A stretch of 64,000 nucleotides of DNA from Nemertoderma westbladi (taxonomy: Eukaryota; Animalia; Xenacoelomorpha), in the NCBI GenBank assembly GCA_032718475.1, contig JAUCBJ010000603.1:25470-89469 (forward strand), written 5' to 3'. The notes under the pieces are model-generated. The model had not been told where the DNA came from, did not search any database, and saw nothing but the letters and a program-made list of their open reading frames with translations. Below, piece by piece: positions 33,129 through 45,388 of the stretch; position 1 is the stretch's first letter, and every line of letters begins with the position of its first letter. A program made the position numbers and the translations under genes.

Positions 33129-33695
33129 TGTTATTTGAGCTAGGCAATTGTGACTAGTCTTCCCCTCCGCTTACCTCAGTAATCAAGAAAGCCAAGAGAG
33201 TTACCGGTTATTCGTAAGTATTCTCCAAACATTAGCATTAATCAAATAGGTTACAAACCACAATATATTATAACAGCATAAAACAGTATATAGTATGTAG
33301 TGGCAGCAGTGTCAACAGTCAAACAGTGCAAGTTTGATTATCAGTGAGAGCAAGTAAGTAAGTTATTAGATTGGCGTTCTATGATCTCTCTGGCAGCTGA
33401 TGTTTCTGGGCAAAGTCAGAAAGTCCGAGTGTGTCAGGAAGTCACAGGCAGTGAAGATTTGCCGTATTGCGTCATTTTATGTATATCACAAAGGCAGGAA
33501 ATCGAAAATCGCGCTGATTGGCCGAAATATAACATGAGCTCTATGCATAAATAAACAGCTGGCAGATTTCGTCATTTGCAACTCAAAACCAAAACAGACG
33601 CTAGAGGGCATAAGCCTATAAATTCTATAGTGCTATAAAATAATGCTGGCACTTTTAGAGTAGTTCGCGAATTGCACAAAAACATTTTTGCCGCA
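33129..33695 (-). repeat. 5' LTR of outer BEL/Pao
   Basis: Diverged direct repeat of 6859-7422. Confidence 0.8.
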
Positions 33696-33906
33696 AAAGC
33701 TTTAACACATATGCTAAGGCTTCGCTCACTTCGTGGCACGCCCCACAATAAATTAATTAGCTGCGTAGCAGTACAAATACATTGGTTTATGATTAAAGTT
33801 GATTAGCATTGTATTCACTAACATTTATCAATAATGAAAATTAGATACCCAAAATTAGTAAAGAATTAATTGTTGTTAATATCTATGGAACATGTTTTCC
33901 TATTTT

Positions 33907-34028
33907 GAGGATCTAACTACAGCTTGGAAGGAGAGAGATAAACTTGGGTTTGTTTGCAGTAGGACGTTGAGGATCTAACTACAGTTTGGAAGGAGAGAGA
34001 TAAACTTGGGTTTGTTTGCAGTAGGACG
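33907..34028. repeat. 61-bp tandem duplication
   Basis: TGAGGATCTAACTACAG(C/T)TTGGAAGGAGAGAGATAAACTTGGGTTTGTTTGCAGTAGGACG, two copies. Confidence 0.9.
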
Positions 34029-34683
34029 AATTTATTAAATGTTGTTGCTCGAGACTGCGAAAAATAGGTAATCCGATAGATAGCCAAGAAAGTAGAGAGT
34101 TTCTCAATATCAATCTGAATGGATTTTTAATTGAAAAATCCCTTTTACTTGAAACAATTACCTTTTTCTCACTAATATTTTTACAAATGAGTGAATAAAT
34201 CTAACATTGTTTTACTAATATTCCAGAAATTAGTTAAAAAAAGTAAAAAATTAGTTAAAAGAGTCTTTTTTTTAACAAATTTTTAAATTAGTTAAAGAAA
34301 ACTTATTTAAACTAAATAAATAACTAAATAACTACATAAATTCGTGTAAAAATCAACCAATCAGATAGAATTAGTTGAATTTCGCTAAACTGAAAATTAG
34401 TGAAAAAAGTGATAATAAGTTTATTAATTCAATAAAAGATAAATCAATAAAATGTGCAGAGAACGCGGAGCACGGAAGGGAACCCCTTTAAATAATTAAA
34501 TTAGGGGATATTAATGTAGGGGGTATATCGCAATGTGGACGCTATGGATAAAATATTATCACAAGCGGCTTAAATTAGTTCTGATCAGTAGAATTCAAGA
34601 CATTCGAAACAGACTGGTGCTCAATATTCGCATGATGGTAGATCAGAGTGCAATCACGATGATATGCGAATAGGTCTGAGACC

Positions 34684-34948
34684 GCAGCACTCCATTTTCT
34701 CGGACAGTGCAGCACTCCACTTTCTCGGACAGTGCGGCAATCCATTTTCTCGGACAGTGCGGCACTCCACTTTCTCGGATATTGCAGTACTCCACTTTCG
34801 CGGACAGTGCGGCATTCCACTTTCTCGGAAAGTGCAGCACTGCCCTGTCCGAGACAGTGCAGCACTCCACTTTCTCGGACAGTTCAGCACTCCACTTTCT
34901 CGGACAGTGCAGCACTCCACTTTCTCGGACAATGCAGCACTCCACTTT
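34684..34948. repeat. 25-bp minisatellite
   Basis: GCAGCACTCCACTTTCTCGGACAGT, about 10 copies. Confidence 0.9.
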
Positions 34949-36033
34949 ATTTTATTACTTCTACTAACAGAAGAACTTCTGATAATTCCAGCACCAATCT
35001 CGAAGGAAAAGGGCATTAATTTTGCAATATTGCATATACTATTACAACTCAGTAAGTTGGCATACAGTTTGTATCATTATACTACTATTGGTTGTATTCT
35101 CGAAATTATACACTCCAGCCAATGTTGCTTTTACAAAGACTACATTAAAGAATATGCACATGCAGTAGCCGAAACAATGTAGTACTGTAATTGGTGATAT
35201 AAACATTATATTTTACTCTGTCCTGATTTGATTTTACCTTTTACTGTGTGGTGTGCATTACTAGCGGTCATATATTGAACTGGTTGTGTAAATATGTTGG
35301 TGTTATACGGTTTTAAGAATATTCGATTTGTAGAATGGTTTTTCCGTACATATTATATTAACTAACATCAATAACAACCATTACCACAAAAAGCGTACAC
35401 TTTAAATATCCCACCACGTCTCCAAACACCAACATAAACAGTGTTAAATTAAATAATAACTTTTATTCCTAAAATTCCATTTCGTTGTTTAGCTGAAGTC
35501 AAAGGTATTAAGAGGTCAAATGTACTTTTTCTTCAGCGGGAGAAAAGGAGTGCCATAGAGACACAAGTTCAAATTTAAACACATTACTTTATTTAGGGAA
35601 AATAAACTACTATCCTGTTATTTCACGGGACCTCCGCAGGTCGATTGAACCCGGATCAAATATTTAAACTTATACGTTTTTTTTTTGGAAAAGATATGCC
35701 ATATGAAGACAAAAGAAACAATTCATTAATGTGTTTGAAGCGAATTTATTATCGCCTTTGTAAAGTTTTATAAACCAGAAACTAGAATATAAATGATAAA
35801 TTTTCTACAAATTTGTGAGAGAAGTTAGTGAGAAAATATGAAAATAGAAATTTCTGGTAGAAGGAAATTTAAGAATAAAATTACAAATTACAAGAAAAAC
35901 AATGTCCTTTTAACACATCAAGGGGTCAGACGGAAAAAAGCTATTTGTTATTAATGTAATAAATATGGATGGTATTTTTCTCTGTATTAGCAATAAACAC
36001 TACCCTGTACTGTCCGTTGTGTACTCCTACCCA

Positions 36034-37038
36034 CTAACACGCCCTCAACTGTTTGACATAATCGTAAGAAACTCTAGCACCACTGGACGTTTTTTCTATA
36101 GTCTGGAACTGGTTAGCTTTGACATTAAATGGCCCATACTTCCCGACAGCCTGTTGGAGGATAACTTTTGTATGGGGTGGAACCGCAGCGCAAACTTCGA
36201 TTGTTGTTTCCAGAGACCAGGTCTTAGATGAGGTTGCTGACCACTCCATACCAATTGAGGAAGTCACACTGGCAGAGAAAACTTTCTTAAACCCACCTTC
36301 GACAGTGACTTCGGTACCAATAGATATTGTGTATGAGTGTTCATTAGTAACACTCGTTCCTACAGTCTCCGAGTACTTGCATGACCCTTCACCTGAGCTT
36401 TGCGTGTTGTCGAGGCTGCAAACTGTTACCCAGAAATCGATGGCACCCCAGTCTTCCTTTGTACCAATCTTCCAACCATGGAACTCAGTGTAGCTGGGAT
36501 CGTAATGATCAAAGGACGCTACATTCACTTTCCCTTTTTCGGCCGACGGATGAGCCGTGATGTATTTAAAATGATTTTTCTCCGATTGAATCCATAGTGT
36601 GTCTTCATTAACATTGATGTACATTTTCCATTTCTGATTATCATTTGTTATAGAAAGAGCGTCTCCCTTCACACAATTGTTGCCATAGACGCATACTATC
36701 TCAGGATGGCGTTCCAAATATTTTCCTCGAGCCGTTTTTATTGATACACGATTATAGCCCTCTGGGAGGAATGTTACTTCGTATCTCTCATATCCCGTCA
36801 CACAGTTACTACATTTATTATACAGGAACAAATCGTCATTTGAGGCGGATACGAGTTTTTCATGGTGGGAGATTAAAATGATTTTATCATCACCAACGTT
36901 CAAGGATCCTGAGGCGTCGGCATTCCCAATATGGAACCGCCACAGTTGTTTTTGGCTGGTTACTGGAACTGACCCTTGTGGAGCTCCGAATCCAGGCGCA
37001 AATAAGCCGATTAGTATGAAAGCAAAAATATTGTGCAT
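36034..37038 (-). CDS. Secreted protein: fascin/beta-trefoil-like N-domain plus aerolysin/ETX-MTX2-like beta-pore-forming C-domain
   Basis: Intact 334-aa single-exon ORF. Signal peptide MHNIFAFILIGLFAPGFGA; fascin-like motifs VSIKTARGKYL, NQKWKM and LWIQSEKNHFKYITA; Ser/Thr-rich alternating beta region YSETVGTSVT...ISIGTEVTVEGGFKKVFSASVTSSIGMEWS...TW; VPP...V.LQQ motif. Confidence 0.75.
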   Translation of the reverse strand: MHNIFAFILIGLFAPGFGAPQGSVPVTSQKQLWRFHIGNADASGSLNVGDDKIILISHHEKLVSASNDDLFLYNKCSNCVTGYERYEVTFLPEGYNRVSIKTARGKYLERHPEIVCVYGNNCVKGDALSITNDNQKWKMYINVNEDTLWIQSEKNHFKYITAHPSAEKGKVNVASFDHYDPSYTEFHGWKIGTKEDWGAIDFWVTVCSLDNTQSSGEGSCKYSETVGTSVTNEHSYTISIGTEVTVEGGFKKVFSASVTSSIGMEWSATSSKTWSLETTIEVCAAVPPHTKVILQQAVGKYGPFNVKANQFQTIEKTSSGARVSYDYVKQLRAC

Positions 37039-37402
37039 TTTATAATATGTGTCGCTGATATGGTTCGTATCTTACGATATGGGTAGTATCTGTGTAAGTC
37101 GCTGATATGGTTACTATCCTAAAGTATTTAGTACTGTAGTAGTTATTGTATGTGATATGGATGGCTTTACAGAGCTGTGGGATGCCACTACTGTCATGGA
37201 CACAGTGGCATCCCAAGCGAGTAGATAATGGCGATTCGAAGGTGCTAGGTTCACACCTTCCACACATTTACTGTTGCCCAGTGGTTCCATGGCCGAATGC
37301 CTAGCAATTACAGTATATCGTTGACCATAGCGTGTATGTGATGATGTTTTGCATTATGCTTACAGGGTAGACATCGAAGATTAAGTAAGTCTCAAGATAT
37401 TA

Positions 37403-37820
37403 GGACAATTGCGACCCGTTCAATTGCGACCCATGATTTTTATTTCAAAACATGGGTCGCAATTGACCGGGTCGCAATTGTCCGGGTCGCATTTGTCCGG
37501 ATCCAGATAAAAAGATGTAATGTATATCATTGATAAATATCATTGTATATCATTGATAAATATCATTGTATATCATTGACAATTGCGACCCGGACAATTG
37601 CGACCCATAATTTTTATTTAAAAACATGGGTCGCAATTGGCCGGGTCGCAATTGTCCGGGTCGCATTTGTCCGGATCCAGATAAAAAGATGTAATGTATA
37701 TCATTGATAAATATCATTGTATATCATTGATAAATATCATTGTATATCATTGACAATTGCGACCCGGACAATTGCGACCCATAATTTTTATTTAAAAACA
37801 TGGGTCGCAATTGGCCGGAC
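37403..37820. repeat. Tandem ~175-bp unit (about 2.5 copies) containing a palindromic GACAATTGCGACCC...GGGTCGCAATTG cassette
   Basis: Inverted 13-17-bp motifs around an AT spacer, plus TATCATTGATAAA sub-repeats; probably a tandemly amplified MITE. Confidence 0.8.
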
Positions 37821-39447
37821 TCCAAGTCTCAACAGGGCTCCACATTGGAATTAGTTTAGGGCTACATAATCATACAATGGTACACGGATTGTTATGGATG
37901 AGTGTTGTTGAGCTTCAATCCTAATTGTATACAGATATCGGTTTTCAAACTAACAACATGCAAAGCTCTAAAAACACCATTCTGTCCAATTGACTTAATG
38001 TCTGTTGATGGCTCTGTAGATGGCTCTGTAATTTCTTGGAAACAATCATTGCCCAGGTAGTTTACGTATCATCTTAAAATTCTCCCAGAGTGAGCGAGGC
38101 CCCCTCAGGGAATTCTAATAGGATTCCCACTCGCTGTTATGAGTTTGATTGCATTCCAACGATTCTTGTACAATAGTCCGCTAAAACGAAGTCTAACAGT
38201 CACCTAGAAGGGTGATTAATTTGTGCGCTGAGTGCTGATTAATTATAAAACTGAACACTGAAAACTAAACCCACTGACACAACTTGGATTTTAGTGTATC
38301 ATTTTCCAATTATGCCCAAAGTATGACGACATATTTCTAGTGTGGTCCCCCTAGAATTATCCTCCCCAGCAGAGGAAAATCCAGTACTTATTTAGCTACC
38401 ACTCAAGGATGCAAGGCAAAGAGATGCACCTGGTAAGTCCTTTTAAATAAAAAATGTGCCAAAAGTGCCAAAATAAAAATGCCCTTGCCCCCTCTGTAGG
38501 AAAACTCATTTTGTGCCCCAGTTGAGACCCTATTTGCACTTCCTAATACTTTGGTGTGGTCAGGGTTCCTTTTTCGGAATCAAATGATTACAGCAACTGC
38601 ATTACAGCTGTTGTCTTAACTGCATCTGTAAAGGCAGGGCATCGTATCGGTCGCTCAGCTGCTGTGCAAAACTGGATCTCTCTGTGTTGTTGCAACAGTG
38701 ATTTCCAGTCATGCAGTGGTAAGGCAGATTTTTTAGTTCCACCAACACAGAGATTTACCTTATCCACAACAAAGCGATGAACTCTTGAGAAGGGGCGACG
38801 TGTAAATGCCATGCAGTCTTTAATAGAGTTCCAGTATTTATTAGGAAGCAGAACATGATTAATGTGAGGATTGATTCAGACTTGCATTAAAGTCAAAAAG
38901 GAGAGTTAAGATTGGATGTTGATACATTCCATAAATAGCTGCTTGTAGAGGCTGTGCTATAAATTTTCCACCGCTTCTGATGTGACAACACTAGTGAATG
39001 AAAGCACACAACCAGAACCAACTTAGGAAACTTTATAGAATGTCTTCCAGAACATGATATATGGCAACCAATGCTGTGGTTGGTGATTTGGTTTATTTCG
39101 TACAAACCTACATTTTATTTGTTTTAATCAATTAAATTGAAATAGTAAAATTGCACAAATTGTACAAGGGTAAGTAAGCATTAAATAAAAAGGAATCAAA
39201 GCACAGATAGTTAATTACATAGCAATATATATGGTACATGTACATGTGCTGTTGGATTGGATTCATCATTAGACTAGTCCAAACAGGTTCACCATTAGCT
39301 GGGTGGGTCCGAATGGAACCCTTTCACAATCTGGCTTTCCTAGTAACCCAATGTTTGGGCCAGAAAATTCACCAGGAAAGGGGTTTTGAAAAATGTCGCC
39401 CACTCTCTCTTCTGCATAAGGGGTTTGTATGATGTTGTTGGCTTGAT

Positions 39448-39845
39448 AGTACCAGTACTCTTATATGGGAGTCCATGCTGGGCTCTAACTAGAGTAATGC
39501 TGCGCCGTGTTCATTGTGTCAAGTACAATGAACACATCTCCAATCAGACTCTATACATCATTTGAGGTGTTTCATTAGTCTCCCCTAGCTTGACACTTGA
39601 ACGGAACCGACTCCGCTTTGCAGTAAATTGCTTTCGCCATGAGGACCAGCCAGTGCATATAATCTTGTGCTTTGGCGGCCTCATGGAATGAATAAGCATG
39701 TTGGACAGCCCAGTTGTTTCTTGAGACGCATCTAAAATGACACTGGCCTTGAAGATGCGGATAATCTTGCAAATGTCACGGGTGATAGGCAATTGTTTAC
39801 GGTTTGTCGTTGAACAGTTTGTCGACAAGCCGACACAGAATTCTT
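39448..39845 (+). mobile_element. Decayed 3' fragment of the RTE-like LINE family
   Basis: Aligns to ~42340-42760 (CCAGTACTC...GGGAGTCCATGCTGGGCTCTAACT...GAGGACCAGCCAGTGCAT). Confidence 0.85.
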
Positions 39846-40154
39846 AATATATACGTAATAACTATTTACAAAATTGTGTTGTGTAAAGTAATACTTTACA
39901 GTGTGATGATCCGAGTGCTTTGTTACACGAACGAACGTTAGTGAGTGAGTGAAAATAAAGCCACGAGGATCAGAACACTGTAAAGTACTTTGCAACAAGT
40001 ATGTATGTAGTTTTATTCCAAAATTTTAACATTACGAAATGATTGTACATATACATTATAAGTGATAGAAACTGCTCAAATTATATTAGTTGCTGTATAA
40101 TAAATAAAAATGTAAAAATGACATAAATTATAGATTATAAGTTAGTAAAAAAAC

Positions 40155-40560
40155 GCGAGTAAAAATATCGAGTGTTTAAAAATCGAGAGTAAAAATATTG
40201 CATTTTGCGTGAGCATTTTATTTAGAATTTTGGGACAATATTGCAGTGCAGCATGGGTTACTAATAATATAAAAAATATATATTTATAATTTATAATATA
40301 ATTTATTAAATTAAATTATAATAATTTATTTAATTATTTATAGTAAAAAAATCGAGTGTTGGAAAATATCGAGAGTAAAAATACCGAGTGTTGTAAAATA
40401 TCGAGAGTAAAAATATTGAGTGTTGAAAAATATCGAGAGTAAAAATATCGAGTGTTGAAAAATATCGAGAGTAAAAATATCGAGTGTTGAAAAATATCGA
40501 GAGTAAAAATATCGAGTGTTGAAAAATATCGAGAGTAAAAATATCGAGTGTTGAAAAATT
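40155..40560. repeat. 32-bp minisatellite AAAATATCGAGTGTTGAAAAATATCGAGAGTA
   Basis: About 7 near-perfect copies at 40350-40560, plus decayed upstream copies. Confidence 0.9.
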
Positions 40561-40848
40561 TATAAATTTAGAACATTACCTGTCAGGCAATTATTATTAA
40601 ATAAATATCACCTATTGTTTACGTGGAGACCATGACAGCGTAACTTTACAGCTCGCTGTCTGGATATTACATAACCAATACAATACTAAATGTACAGGCC
40701 AATACAATGCTGTAATGTCCTCTAAAGTTGTCAAGTGCTATATAACAACTCGGTGTTAATACTAACGGCGTTGAGTAATGTTACAATTTTGGAATAAAGT
40801 ATATATAATGCAGCTGCAATGCAGCACGCTGATCTTAGTAGTAGTAGT

Positions 40849-42818
40849 CATAAGGCCCAGAAAGAGTCCCGACTCAAACAGACTACAGCGGCCAAGAATG
40901 CAGTTAAGGCTGCATCTAGGTCCCTGAACAGGCAGTACTCTGTTAATCTACAGGAGCTAATAAACCAACAGGTTGATGCCATCAATGATGCTGACGACAG
41001 CAGGCAATCATCTCAGGCATGGTAATCGATCAATCTGCTTACTGGGCGGAAAAGCCAACCAACCACCAAGGTTAAGGCTGAATCACCAGCCGATCGCCTC
41101 AATGGTTGGAAAGCCCACTTTGAAAAGCTCCTCAATAATGACAGGGTATTGCCTGATAACTTTATAGAAGTAAAAGTGTCTGAGTCTGTACTCTCAGATA
41201 TTCCCATTGGCGATATCTCCTTTGCAGAAGTGAAGGCTGCTCCAAAGAGCATTAAGACCAATCGTGCCAGTGGAGTAGATGGTGTTCCCCCTGAGGTCTT
41301 TAAAATACCCGAGTGTTTAAAGCTCATCTATCCCATCATAGTAGACATGTACCGAACAACAAGAGTCCCACAAGAAATGAAAACAAATAAGTTGGTGCCA
41401 GTTCCCAAGAAGGGCAACCTAACACTCTATGGTTCTTTTGGGGGAATCTCATTGATCTCGATTGCTGCAAAGCTATACAATAGGATTCTATTAAATCGCA
41501 TCAGTGATCCCATAGAGAGACTGCTCCGTGGAAATCAGAATGGGTTCCGTAAAGGTCGTGGGACCATGGAGCCCATTTTGGCACTTAGAAGGATAATTGA
41601 AGAATTATCAAAAAAGAAAGACAGGCATCTGGCTGTTATCTTTGTTGACTTCTTCAAGGCCTTTGATTCAGTCTCTCGCTCACGTATGTTCAGCATACTT
41701 TCATTATATGGGATTCCTGATGAAATTATTGCAGCAATCAGATCAGTATACGATGGTTCGACAACATTTGTGTCTACTGTTGACGGTGACACAGAACCAT
41801 TTGAAGTGTTATGGGGCGTCCTCCAAGGAGACACACCTGCACCATTCTTGTTCATTATTGTAGTTGACTATGTTCTACGCATCTCCTTAGATCATCATAA
41901 TGATGATGGGGTGATGATAACTCCACCTACTGGCTCCAGAAGTCGAGGAAATCCTGCCAAGTACCTAACTGATCTAGACTTTGCTGATGAATTAGGAGTA
42001 CTCTCAGAATCATTAGAGGGAGCCCAACGGCTCCTCAGCTCGTTAGAACATGCTGCTTCTAGTGTTCGTCTTTTTATTAACCCCAGAAAGACCAAAATTC
42101 TGACAGTTAACTTTGAAAGTCCTCAGCAAGTCTCTGATCGGATGAGCATAAGCTCAAAGAATGGTATGCTTGAGCATGTGGACGACTTCTGTTACCTGGG
42201 ATCATGGATCCGGAAGTCAGGTGAGGACCTTCGAATACGTAAGGGAAAGGCATGGGCAGCCTTGAATAGGCTTTCCAGGATTTGGAAGTCACCGAGAATT
42301 AATCTGAAACTTAAGGTCCGATTATTTAGAGCAGCAGTAGTTCCAGTACTCCTCTACGGGAGTCCATGCTGGGCTCTAACTGCTGAGGACACCAAATCTC
42401 TGGATGGCACATTCACAAGAATCCTACGCCGGGTTCAATGTTTCAAGTACAATGCACACATCTCCAACCAGACACTATATAACATTGGAGGTGTCTCATT
42501 GGTTCCCCCAGGCTTGACACTAGAACAAAATCGCCTCCGCTTTGCAGGACATTGCTTTCGCCGTGAGGACCAGCCAGTGCATAATCTTGTACTTTGGCAG
42601 CCTCATGCAGTGAATAAGCATGGTGGACAGCCCATGACTTTCTTGAGACGTATCTTAAAGGACACTGGCCTTAAAGATGTGGATGATCTAGCAAATGTCA
42701 TGGGTGATAGGGAGTTGTGGCGGTGCAATTTTGTTGACAAGCCGGCACAGCATTCCTAAAAATGCAGCTGCAATGCAGCATGCCGATCCTAGTAGTAGTA
42801 GTAGTAGTAGTAGTAGTA
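40849..42818 (+). mobile_element. 5'-truncated RTE-like non-LTR retrotransposon with a (TAG)n tail
   Basis: RT ORF, short 3' UTR with a GCTGC-AAT-GCAGC stem-loop, and a (TAG)9 tail. Confidence 0.9.
41149..42759 (+). pseudogene. Non-LTR reverse transcriptase, probably inactive
   Basis: PVPKKG, QNGFRKGR, DFFKAFDSV, GVLQGD, FCYLGS, VLLYGS and RLRFAGH. The catalytic FADD reads FADE, and there is an in-frame stop upstream at 41023. Confidence 0.85.
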
Positions 42819-43539
42819 TCTGGTTTGATTGTATGATATTTATAGAAATTTTCTCTGAGAACGGCAAAGCTGGTACAATAATTTTATCACACCAAGCTGA
42901 GTTTAAATTTAAAGCATCCAATCCTTTATTACTAGTGCTGGTAATAGAGAATGGATATGATTGTTTGACTATTTACCAAAAAAAATAATATCTCAGAAAA
43001 ACTGCACAGGCAATATTCTTACATTCCCAACACATGGCATATTTCCACATACTACGCAATTGATAAAGAATAAGGAGTAATTCAATTGATTTCTTGAAAT
43101 TACTATTTGATTTTCACAATAACTTATTTACTAAGTTTTAATCTCAAGCAAAAATATCATATCGAACTGTAATAGGAACAGAACAGTGTGGTATGGGGAA
43201 TAAAAAATCTAAATCTAATGTAAAACCAGAGATATTAATTTAATTCATCTTCCTTCACTTGTTTCCACATGGATCCATATCCATCGCACTTGAGAACCTT
43301 ATACAGCTGTTCCCTCACAATCTTCGCAAGCGTCGTGCACTTAAAGGATAGTGATTAGTTAAGGAGATGTAAAAAAGTTATCGATGAATGTGTGAAACAT
43401 GAAACACCGGTGGCAACTTCAAAGCTACTCTCTTTTGGCGGTTACCTATAAGGCAGGGAGGGCGCCATACTAACGTGTCTGATTTTTTGTTTGTACGTAG
43501 GTATCACTAGTCTGGATCCGACCGAAAATTTTAGAAAAA

Positions 43540-44745
43540 ATGTACTGGGGTGGTTATATTGCAGCACCAAAATTACAAGTAGTGCACAATTTTCACAAAA
43601 TTTGAAAGTTACATTTTTCGGCTAATTGTTTTCAATACTGGTTTTCTGGGGCGCAAAATACATTGGAAAATATTTAAAAATGACATGATTACTATAAATC
43701 GCTGTTTAGTCCTCTCTGCGTAGGAAAAAAATGAAAAAAACAAGTAACCAGCACTTTTCAGTTAGAACACAAAATTTTTAATTTACTTATACGATGCTAT
43801 AAATTCACATTTTCAGGTTTTCTAGGGCGCTGATTCTAATGGAATACATTTCTAATAAGCCAGATCATTGCTACTTGTATTTTTCGGCGTAATTTGGCAA
43901 ATTTCGTACCCATCACCAAACAGTACAAGTTTGCGATGTCCAGTGCTGTTTTTATTTATTCTATCTGATTCAGGACCCTCATAAACCCCTATAACGCAAG
44001 AAACAAGATGATACTATCTACTGATCAATTTGCTTATTTTCCAAAATTTGGTGCTGGCACAACAATTTTCACCCACTGGTGAAAAATACAAGTTTGAAAA
44101 CTCTTATGAAATTTTTACTGATTCCATTGAATTCAGAACCCTCACAAACCCGTACAACGCAAGAAACAAGGTGACACAATCAATTGATATATTTGATGGT
44201 TTTCAAAATTTGGTGCTAGCACCACATTTTGCACCCACTTCCGAAAAATACAAGTTTGAGATGTATAGTTCGATAATCATATATTCCATTGAATTCAGAA
44301 CAGCCATAAACCTCTAAATTTAATTTCAAAGTCAATTTACAAAATTGACATGTTTCAAAATTTGGTGCTGTCACCAAAATTTGGCACCCTCTGAAAAAAC
44401 AAGTTTGAAATTTTTAAATCAATTTATATGAATTCCATCCAATTGCTAACACCACAAAACCGGTATAAATAAAAAATGTTACAATTCATATTTAATGAAA
44501 TGTAATTTTCAAAAAACGTCTCAAAAAAAATGCCAAAAGTAGGGTTAAAAAATGGTGCTATAATTCGAAAACTACCCAATATTTTTGAAAACGGTTTTCA
44601 CTACTAGGAAGACAATAGATTTTTAGGAAAAGTCATAAAATGTCAGATTTCAAACTGCCTTTGTTTAAGAATTATAATAAAAAAAACCACGGGGAAGGGG
44701 TCATATTGACTCCACCCCCCCCCCCCCCGGGTTTAATAGGGTTAA
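43540..44745. mobile_element. Putative piggyBac-type non-autonomous DNA element with internal ~155-bp repeats
   Basis: Right end ...CCGGGTTTAATAGGG|TTAA; internal repeats CAAAATTTGGTGCT...AAAAATACAAGTTTG; left end degenerate. Confidence 0.4.
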
Positions 44746-45240
44746 CTGAGTAGTACAACAGATGTAGTATCAATGGCTATTACACATGACTAGAAATATA
44801 TTTTACCGCACTGTTTTTTCTGTGGGAATTTAAAGTCACACATGACCCCCAACTATTATTATGAATGCCTGCTAGTGGAGTTGGAGGTTGGAATGAATTA
44901 CCCATTAATTAAAGCACAGTTTACAAGTAAAATACCAGCAATAATAATTTCCAATATTTGGTACTTGTGCATAATTATGCATTTGCCTTCGTCATACTAT
45001 CTATCTATAATCGGCCAGCTATATTTCAGCTGCACAATTAGATGCTATGATGGTTTAACAAAAAAATTTGTGCCACCATGCAATCTACAATTGAATTGCT
45101 GTATGCTTGCTTGCATCGTGCATAAAGATTGTTATGCCAGACAAAATTGGCCGCTATAAAGTCATATCACAGTATTTAGGATCAAACCTTTTATACATAC
45201 ATCCTGTTATGCTTCTTTAGTTCCAATGCTATTTGGAAGA

Positions 45241-45388
45241 ACTTTGCTTTATTTGTCTATTTACCGGTACTTTACTTTATTTGTTTATTTACAGGTACTT
45301 TACTTTATTTGTTTATTTACCGGTACTTTACTTTATTTGTTTATTTACAGGTACTTTACTTTATTTGTTTATTTACTGGTACTTTACC
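45241..45388. repeat. ~29-bp T-rich minisatellite
   Basis: GGTACTTTACTTTATTTGTTTATTTAC(C/A), five copies. Confidence 0.9.

Larger units (their letters stand above)
6859..33695 (-). mobile_element. Outer, decayed BEL/Pao LTR retrotransposon, host of two nested LTR elements
   Basis: Diverged direct repeats at 6859-7422 and 33129-33695. PPT GGAGGGAGAT (minus strand, 7423-7432). BEL gag/protease/RT/RNase H fragments on the minus strand are contiguous across both insertions. No TSD recognisable. Confidence 0.8.

Noticed and set aside
34575-35182. Cys-rich repeat ORFs in several frames
   Set aside because: Translations of a 25-bp minisatellite (unit not a multiple of 3).
38556-39432. Short ORFs that could be exons
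   Set aside because: No recognisable motif or coherent splice structure.
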